64,000 bases of DNA, from IMG/VR virus record IMGVR_UViG_3300031669_000016, positions 1-64,000 of that record. The stretch is one strand, 5' to 3'. The position numbers and the translations under genes were made by a program. The notes beneath the pieces are model-generated. The model saw only the letters and a program-made list of their open reading frames with translations, was not told the origin of the DNA and ran no database searches. This document shows positions 57,851 to 64,000 of the stretch, piece after piece (within the stretch, counting starts at the first letter, position 1; each line of letters begins with the position of its first letter). Origin of the DNA: a virus.

Positions 57851-59473
57851 CTATCCACTCCTTGTACTCAGCGCTGCGATATGCAAACCGGGCTGTTGAA
57901 GCTCTTCGCGCAACCGCTCCTTGGACCGGAGCCATTTGACCAGCTCGGGATCGGTGGTTGTGACTTCGGATGTGACGTGGTGGATGTGGAAGACTCCGGC
58001 GGGGTGGGACGTATACATGGCAAGCCGTGCCGCGGCATGTTCGGTGAAATAGCGGCCGCGATCCGCAAAGTCGAGGATGAGGCAGTGCGCCTTGCCGGGC
58101 CAGGCCGTCATCGCCCGGAATCGCTGCATGCATTTCACTGAACTCTTCCCACCCGCCGCGATGACGACGGCGTCGAGACTTGGGATATCGAGTCCTTCCT
58201 GGCCCAGGGTTGTGACCAAACAGAGGATCCGCTTCTCCTGCAAATCATCCCATACGGTCTGACGTAGACGCGGCTCCACGGAATAGTTGCCCGACGCGGT
58301 CATGCAGCGGTGTGGGACCTCGGCTGTTTTCAACCAGTTGTCTAAGATGCGGAGCTGGCTGATCTGGTCAGTCATTACCATAACGCTGAGGTTGCGGTTG
58401 ACACAGTAGGAGCAGAAGCGTGTGATCGCGGCGTTACGCACCGGATTGCGTAAGATGTAGTCGACTTCACGCTCCTTGTAACTCGTGGTGCGCCGATAGC
58501 TCTTAGTCGGCATGTGGACCCAATAGATGTGAGCCGGAACGAGCCGGTGCTGTGTGATCATGGCGTGGTAGCTGATCTCGTAGATCACGGGGCCGACCGC
58601 GCCTTCCATTACGAGATCGCGCTCGTCATCTCGCCAGGGTGTGCCAGAGAGCGCGATTGTCCAGACCCGCGATTTGCACTGTTTGAGCACTTCGAGGTAG
58701 CTCGGTGCCGCGGCGTGGTGTGCCTCGTCCACTACAACAACCTTTGTGGTGCGGAGCAGTTCGGCGACGCGTTCGCGTTGCTCTGTTGGCAGCTCGCCTT
58801 CTACGATGTCATCGGCTGGGGGTTTGTAGTCCTGGCCCAGCGCAGCACACGCGGTCTGAATCGTCATCACAACGATGTTGCCGGGCTCGAACTCGCCATC
58901 ATAGGCGTGGCCGATAGGGAAATCTGTGCCGAAGTACTGCTCGAACTTCGTTACCGTACCGCGCGGCGGCTGTGCGATATCGAGTCGGTCGTTGAGGAAT
59001 ACAACAGGCCAGACATTGATCTGGCGGATTGCCTCGGCCGCGATAATGGTCTTCCCCGATCGAGGCGGCGCGCTGATCATGCCGCGGGGCAGTTGTGGAC
59101 GTTGCTCTCGCAACGCGAGGATGTGCTGCACAGCCTCGACCTGTTCGGGGATAAGAGGATGTGGGAAGTAGGATTGTGGGGGTGTAGCCGCAACGATGAG
59201 TGTGGGCAACTTGCTGATGAGTTCGACGATGTAGCCGCGTTCTTCTAGGATGTGTCGGACCCGTGCGGTCAGTCCGGTTGGGTAGGTGCCGCGTTCGGTG
59301 AGGAGACGGGCACGGCCATCCCAACGGCCTTCCGAGGCGGCATGGGTATAGAACGCGCCGGGTACATCGTAGGACAGCGCCTCGATCAGTTGGGTTTGTG
59401 TATCCGAATCGAGCGATCCGAAGTTCTCGATTTTGGAGCGGACCGCGTCAGTTGTGATCTGGGCAGTGGCCAC
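57851..59473 (-). CDS. superfamily 2 DEAH helicase (UvsW/XPB-like)
   Basis: APPRSGKT, VVVDEAHH, LSGTP, EGLDIP, QRFRAM motifs. Confidence 0.9.
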   Translation of the reverse strand: MATAQITTDAVRSKIENFGSLDSDTQTQLIEALSYDVPGAFYTHAASEGRWDGRARLLTERGTYPTGLTARVRHILEERGYIVELISKLPTLIVAATPPQSYFPHPLIPEQVEAVQHILALREQRPQLPRGMISAPPRSGKTIIAAEAIRQINVWPVVFLNDRLDIAQPPRGTVTKFEQYFGTDFPIGHAYDGEFEPGNIVVMTIQTACAALGQDYKPPADDIVEGELPTEQRERVAELLRTTKVVVVDEAHHAAAPSYLEVLKQCKSRVWTIALSGTPWRDDERDLVMEGAVGPVIYEISYHAMITQHRLVPAHIYWVHMPTKSYRRTTSYKEREVDYILRNPVRNAAITRFCSYCVNRNLSVMVMTDQISQLRILDNWLKTAEVPHRCMTASGNYSVEPRLRQTVWDDLQEKRILCLVTTLGQEGLDIPSLDAVVIAAGGKSSVKCMQRFRAMTAWPGKAHCLILDFADRGRYFTEHAAARLAMYTSHPAGVFHIHHVTSEVTTTDPELVKWLRSKERLREELQQPGLHIAALSTRSG

Positions 59474-60203
59474 TGTTACCCCGAACTCGCTTCAGGTCTC
59501 CACACAGACCATTGCGGTTGTGTATGCAGCCATAATAGGTACATCTATCGGGTGATGTGTCAGTTGGATCACCTACGAGGATTGGGGCGTCTTTTACACC
59601 GCTCGTGAAGCATGTGGGGGCACCTAGTATGGTATTGAGACTGTCCCCATCGGCGTTGTGACCTTCCAGCTTCTTTCGTAGCTCCGCGTGCCTGTCGAGG
59701 ATTTCGCGTTGGGCCTTTACTGCATCCGCAAACGGACAGATCCAATCGCGCTCACAGTCTGGGCAATTCTGTGATTGGGATTGCGTCTGACACCTAAGTC
59801 GATTCTGATCTATCTCATAGGCAAGTTGGCCCTTCACAAAACCCGCCAATCTCTCCGCGTTTTCCCATGTCAGCGTCGCCTGCTCCTCCGCCGCCTCGGC
59901 CTTCTCGACTTGCTTCTCCCACAGGCCAATCCAAACGCGTAGAACATAATGGGGCACCATCGCCGCGGCCGCAGATCGTACCCGCTGGAGTTCAGCCTCT
60001 GCCGCCTCGGCGCGCGCTGCCAGTTCGAGTAGGTCTGGGAGGGGCATGGCCCCGAGTGACTGCATATATTTGGGGAATCTGTTTTCCCTCTGAGCGCGGA
60101 ATCCATCTTGAGCGTTATATAACGCTGTTGGGGGCAGTACCCATACACCGTATCCGTCGATATACAAAGACGACCAATCCTTTGAGATCGGACACTTACT
60201 CAC
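59448..60203 (-). CDS. hypothetical coiled-coil/Cys-rich protein
   Basis: 251 aa with RAEAAEAEL coil; GGAGGT RBS. Confidence 0.5.
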   Translation of the reverse strand: MSKCPISKDWSSLYIDGYGVWVLPPTALYNAQDGFRAQRENRFPKYMQSLGAMPLPDLLELAARAEAAEAELQRVRSAAAAMVPHYVLRVWIGLWEKQVEKAEAAEEQATLTWENAERLAGFVKGQLAYEIDQNRLRCQTQSQSQNCPDCERDWICPFADAVKAQREILDRHAELRKKLEGHNADGDSLNTILGAPTCFTSGVKDAPILVGDPTDTSPDRCTYYGCIHNRNGLCGDLKRVRGNSGHCPDHN

Positions 60204-60660
60204 TACCCACCTCCTGTCTTAGGACTTCAAGGCCTTTGGATGCAAAGGTGAGTGATGCCACAGCCTCACCATATGAACACCAAGCGCAAGGTCTGCCGAC
60301 TAGATGATCAAGCGCGTAACTGACATGCCTCGCCAACTCGAACTGGCGATCCTCCTGGCGTCCGTGCCAGTTGCGTTGCGTCACATACCAGGCGTGTGCG
60401 AGATGGTCCACCACCTTCCCCACATCCACCCCACGCTCCGCCGCGTCGACGCGGGCGCGTAAAGCTTGCAGGTTACGGCTACGGCGCGCTCGGTTGCGCT
60501 GTCGGTTCTTCTCGGCGTGTATAGCGACATGACACCTTCGGCAAAGGCAAACCCCGTTTTCCGCCCTATTATCCTGAGCATTTCCATTCCGGTGGTGGTA
60601 CTCCAGTTCGCGCCGTCGCCCGCAGACCACACAAGCCCGCATGTCAACCTCACTCATCAC
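60196..60660 (-). CDS. HNH-domain protein
   Basis: CVVC...LEYHHRNGN..DNRAEN...LCRRCH. Confidence 0.75.
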   Translation of the reverse strand: MMSEVDMRACVVCGRRRELEYHHRNGNAQDNRAENGVCLCRRCHVAIHAEKNRQRNRARRSRNLQALRARVDAAERGVDVGKVVDHLAHAWYVTQRNWHGRQEDRQFELARHVSYALDHLVGRPCAWCSYGEAVASLTFASKGLEVLRQEVGSE

Positions 60661-61157
60661 TCGCTCCTCCCCGCCACGGGCACCAGCTCGGCATAGGCGT
60701 AGTCCAGTAGGAGTAGGGCATCGGCGTGATCATGGTTGATGATCTCGATTTCGGGGTGTCGGCGCTGCGCCTCAGCCACCATCTCGGGTTTGCCTGCATT
60801 ACCCCGCCCAGTCGCCCACTTCTTTAGCGTAGCGATCGGTACGGGCACGCACTCACCGCCGTACTCGGCGACAAACTCCTGGACCTTACCTGACAAATTG
60901 AACGCGATGTTGGCGGCATCCGATGATCGCTGCTGGCCCACAATGGGCTGTTCGTAGACGATTATATCGAAGCAGTTACCTTGCCCGAGCAGTCGGTCCT
61001 GACACAGCTCTTGGATCCACTTGCGGAATCGTATCCAGCGCATGCCGGGCGACTCGCCGTGTCTCAGCTCGAACTTCTGGACCCCTGACTCGCTCCCCCA
61101 CGGGGCCTTACAGGCATATCCCGTAGTGATTGCTAGATCAAGTGCGAGGATGTACAT
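60657..61157 (-). CDS. RuvC-like Holliday junction resolvase
   Basis: MYILALDLAITTGYA, IVYEQP, LKKWATGRGNAGK, DHADA motifs. Confidence 0.85.
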   Translation of the reverse strand: MYILALDLAITTGYACKAPWGSESGVQKFELRHGESPGMRWIRFRKWIQELCQDRLLGQGNCFDIIVYEQPIVGQQRSSDAANIAFNLSGKVQEFVAEYGGECVPVPIATLKKWATGRGNAGKPEMVAEAQRRHPEIEIINHDHADALLLLDYAYAELVPVAGRSE

Positions 61158-61161
61158 ATCT

Positions 61162-61383
61162 CTAGCCACCGCCCACCTCGGGCTTGTCACAATGGTAGAC
61201 GATGTGCCTTGACACCTCGAACTCCTTCTCGCATTCCCCACACTCATGTGTCTGTGGCTCCTCGGTCAGGTCCACCGGGTAGTCGCAGGTGTCCATGTTC
61301 ACATACCCGCAGTGCGGGCAGGTGATGTAGTCCAGCCCGAGCGTCTTACCATCCAGTAGCTTCACCAGATCATCAAAGGTCAT
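61162..61383 (-). CDS. small Zn-ribbon protein
   Basis: CPHC...CGEC; GAGGTG RBS. Confidence 0.6.
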   Translation of the reverse strand: MTFDDLVKLLDGKTLGLDYITCPHCGYVNMDTCDYPVDLTEEPQTHECGECEKEFEVSRHIVYHCDKPEVGGG

Positions 61384-61386
61384 TAC

Positions 61387-61641
61387 TCACCTCTTCACGG
61401 CCCGGAATCCACGCTTGAGCCGGGCGTTCTCTCGTTTGAGGTCTTGAATCTTGAGCTGGGCGTTCTCTTGTTTGAGGTCTTGAATCTTGAGCTGATCGCG
61501 GATCTGGCAGGCTCGTAGGCGCTCACACTCCTCGCGCCAGTATGTGGTGTATCGCCACGGAGCCATCTTCCAACCCCACCAACAGACGATTTTACGTCCC
61601 CATCTGAAGCCGAGTAGGAATCGTTCAATCCGTCGGGCCAT
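61387..61641 (-). CDS. hypothetical protein with 36-bp tandem duplication
   Basis: QLKIQDLK(Q/R)ENA twice (61423-61494). Confidence 0.55.
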   Translation of the reverse strand: MARRIERFLLGFRWGRKIVCWWGWKMAPWRYTTYWREECERLRACQIRDQLKIQDLKQENAQLKIQDLKRENARLKRGFRAVKR

Positions 61642-61644
61642 TGC

Positions 61645-61956
61645 TCACCCTTCTCGCTCGGACTTGAACCGTGGGCATGTGTGCGGGCACTGTTCGTAGG
61701 ACCAAGCAACACATGTCCATTGCGCATCATCGCAGTTCTCGATGACTACTGGCTCGATCACATCGTTTGGGACTGCAACACAGCGCTCAAGCTGGACCCA
61801 ACACTTCAGATATTCAGGTATGTCGGCTGGATTCGTGTACCGCAACACAGGCCACCCCAACCGTTTAGCTTCCTTCGCGCTGTGTGCCACGACGAGAATC
61901 TGCCAGTCCGCGTTTTGGTGGGGCAGCATCCGATAGAGGTGCAAGCTGTTACTCAT
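61645..61956 (-). CDS. hypothetical protein
   Basis: 103 aa, coupled. Confidence 0.5.
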   Translation of the reverse strand: MSNSLHLYRMLPHQNADWQILVVAHSAKEAKRLGWPVLRYTNPADIPEYLKCWVQLERCVAVPNDVIEPVVIENCDDAQWTCVAWSYEQCPHTCPRFKSEREG

Positions 61957-62302
61957 CGCTCACCCCTCGCTCCGTCTGGTATGGATGGCCCGCCCAATCT
62001 CGCCTACCACTCCACTTCGGGTTGAAGCTCCCGTCCGGCATCCGTATCAAGACCTGGGCGAACCTAGACCAGGAATGCCAGTAGAACTGAATCTCACAAG
62101 CATTTTCGTCGTCGTAGAACTCCATGCAGACAGACCAGAGCAAGTCTAGATCCTTGGCATCGCAGGCGATCTGCACCAACATTTCGTGTTCGCATGAACA
62201 GGTCGTGTTGAATCCGCGGTTGCGTAGGTGGCGCACAAAGCCACGAACCCCAGGCTCAATCTGCTCGTACCAAGTATTTTCTGCCGCAGTCAACTTACCC
62301 AT
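61949..62302 (-). CDS. hypothetical protein
   Basis: 117 aa with GFNTTCSCEH motif. Confidence 0.55.
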   Translation of the reverse strand: MGKLTAAENTWYEQIEPGVRGFVRHLRNRGFNTTCSCEHEMLVQIACDAKDLDLLWSVCMEFYDDENACEIQFYWHSWSRFAQVLIRMPDGSFNPKWSGRRDWAGHPYQTERGVSDE

Positions 62303-62303
62303 A

Positions 62304-62972
62304 TCACACCTGCTGCTCTAAGCGTCGGAACGCACGCCACGCCCACTCATCGCTTTGTTCCGGGCCTTGGTGTCCGAGCTTGACCATCTGGATCGGAACT
62401 GGGGTTACGCGCTGCCGCCACCACTGGTAGCGGATGTTGTAGAGCTGCCGGATGCGACCCTGGAACTCTTCGGTGTCGTAACGGTTGCGTTTCTCTTCCC
62501 GACCAGGCAGGCAGAAGTCGCGCGTAACGATCAGTACGCAGTCGGGAACGACGAACCAGCGATTGTGCTGGAGTAAGAAGTCTAGGGGCAGTCCGATGGC
62601 TTCGCCGTAGACAATAGGACTGAGCCACCACCGATCAACCACGATGTCTTGGCCGCTTTGCAGCGTGTCGACCAGCCGTTGCTGTGTTTCTCGATACGCA
62701 ATAGCCATGGCGTACTGTATGATTGCGGGTTCGCGTAGGCACGTGTCAGATCGGAGCAGGGCATCAATGAACGTCTTTGTCTCGTCGCGTGCACCCTGAT
62801 CGTAGCGCCAGTATGGTATGCCGAGGCGTGTGGCGAGGTGTGATGCAATTGTGGACTTACCGACGCGATCCGGTCCCTCAATGGCGAAGAGGCGACCAGG
62901 ACCGGGCGCGCGCTCGAACGGAATACCCTCGATCCCGATGATGTTCTCGATGCCTTGGCGTATCGGTTTCAT
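62304..62972 (-). CDS. tmk: thymidylate (dTMP) kinase
   Basis: IEGPDRVGKST P-loop, VVDRW..S..VY, PD motifs. Confidence 0.85.
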   Translation of the reverse strand: MKPIRQGIENIIGIEGIPFERAPGPGRLFAIEGPDRVGKSTIASHLATRLGIPYWRYDQGARDETKTFIDALLRSDTCLREPAIIQYAMAIAYRETQQRLVDTLQSGQDIVVDRWWLSPIVYGEAIGLPLDFLLQHNRWFVVPDCVLIVTRDFCLPGREEKRNRYDTEEFQGRIRQLYNIRYQWWRQRVTPVPIQMVKLGHQGPEQSDEWAWRAFRRLEQQV

Positions 62973-62974
62973 CG

Positions 62975-63193
62975 TTACCTCTTGGAGTCGGCCATGGCTG
63001 CTTCGGCCTGTTCCAATACAATCAGGGCAGAGTCCAGCTTGCCCCGGACGTATGCCAAGCGCCGCCGTGCCTTGGCATGGTTTCCGACAGCTAGTGTGTG
63101 GTCGGTAAGGATAGTTGAGAGGGTACTCGACGCGCTCTCAACGACTGTTCTTGTTGCCGATATCAACGGCCATGCTTCCTTGGTTAGGGACAT
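62975..63193 (-). CDS. hypothetical protein
   Basis: 72 aa, GGAGG RBS. Confidence 0.45.
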   Translation of the reverse strand: MSLTKEAWPLISATRTVVESASSTLSTILTDHTLAVGNHAKARRRLAYVRGKLDSALIVLEQAEAAMADSKR

Positions 63194-63446
63194 CTTGTCC
63201 TCCAGTGTTTATGATAGCGGCTCCGGGATGGCCCAACACCTCTTGCGCCAGTGCCGAGGCTTCTGCACTGTCACCTCTTTGCCACGCCGCCGCGATTGCA
63301 CGCTTCAGTTTGAGGAAGCGCTCGTCATAGGCCACGGCAACGCCCGGCCCGAGATACACCGTTTCGCCGGCATCCAGCTTCTGCCAAGCCTGCGCGCCGA
63401 TCCTATAGATCTTGCCCATCATCCATCCCCGGTACTTGTGTTTCAC
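63138..63446 (-). CDS. hypothetical protein
   Basis: About 95 aa, overlapping the integrase end. Confidence 0.4.
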   Translation of the reverse strand: MKHKYRGWMMGKIYRIGAQAWQKLDAGETVYLGPGVAVAYDERFLKLKRAIAAAWQRGDSAEASALAQEVLGHPGAAIINTGGQDVPNQGSMAVDIGNKNSR

Positions 63447-64000
63447 CCAACCTGTTCAGCTCTTCATCGTCGGGGGCGTAGTAGTGCAGCGTTGTCGTCG
63501 CGCTGCTGTGCCCCAGCCCTTTCTGAACCGTGCCCAACGGGATGCCGTTACTGATCTGCTGCGTCGCCCAGTAGCGGCGGAACATATGGGGCGTGAGCAC
63601 GTCCATGCCGAGACTGTCGCGCAGCCGCTCAATGGCGCGGCGCACATAGCCGGGGGTCAGGGCATGGAGGCGGGGCTTGTATCGTATCGTTTCCGGCGCG
63701 ATGTGTGCCCGACTTAGCGCGTGGTAGTAGCCGAGCAGGGGTGCTTCGCGCTCCGAATCCCAGCGCTTCTCTAAGTAGCGCAGCAGTGCATCGGCTAAGC
63801 CCTGCGGCACGGGAACATGCCGCTCCTTATCACCCTTACCGATGATGCTTAGATACCAACGCGCATCCTCGGCCTGATAGAAGTCGCGGCGTTCCAGCTT
63901 ACAGACCTCGTCGATACGCGGCCCACAGCCAGCGAGTACACCTATTACTAAGGGCCAGGGATCGCCGAGGTGGTAGGCGGCTTGTAAGATGGCTTGGACT
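63403..64000 (-). CDS. tyrosine recombinase/integrase (5' end outside window)
   Basis: GCGPRIDEV (R), GKGDKER (K), HMFRR (HxxR), LGH, TTLHY (Y). The frame continues to the window edge. Confidence 0.9.
   Translation of the reverse strand, partial: VQAILQAAYHLGDPWPLVIGVLAGCGPRIDEVCKLERRDFYQAEDARWYLSIIGKGDKERHVPVPQGLADALLRYLEKRWDSEREAPLLGYYHALSRAHIAPETIRYKPRLHALTPGYVRRAIERLRDSLGMDVLTPHMFRRYWATQQISNGIPLGTVQKGLGHSSATTTLHYYAPDDEELNRLGETQVPGMDDGQDL

Noticed and set aside
1-64000. tRNA/rRNA genes, terminase, att sites, reverse transcriptase/DGR, genome-wide stop-codon reassignment
   Set aside because: None was recognisable by eye. Core genes are intact under the standard code, so the single TAA in the HNH does not imply recoding.

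Overview
The window is a large part of a GC-rich, probably temperate tailed-phage (siphovirus-like) genome or prophage. The + strand arm (177-33373) is the virion and lysis region: portal, protease/scaffold, capsid, neck, a glycosyltransferase cluster, tail tube, tail chaperone, tape measure, tail tip, fibre and holin. The - strand arm (33434-64000) encodes a tyrosine integrase, thymidylate kinase, RuvC-like resolvase, SF2 and DnaB helicases, a split primase, a DNA methyltransferase, a UDG-PolA fusion, SSB, RecA, split SbcC with SbcD, a sigma-like factor, phosphatases and more glycosyltransferases. The most notable element is a compact phage-encoded type V CRISPR locus. It consists of a 454-aa TnpB/Cas12f-like RuvC nuclease with an intact D-E-D triad (39535-40899), a 134-bp structured tracrRNA-like region with two anti-repeat segments, and a 7-repeat array (39023-39400). 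No cas1/2/4 or tnpA is present. Two spacers imperfectly match this phage's own tape-measure gene (29/31) and a glycosyltransferase gene (24/33), both with a 5'-CCA flank, suggesting kin-phage targeting. A truncated 19-nt last spacer matches (16/17) the -10 region of the adjacent promoter that drives the sigma-factor operon. All calls come from manual motif reading; no database searches were run, and the host cannot be determined from the sequence.
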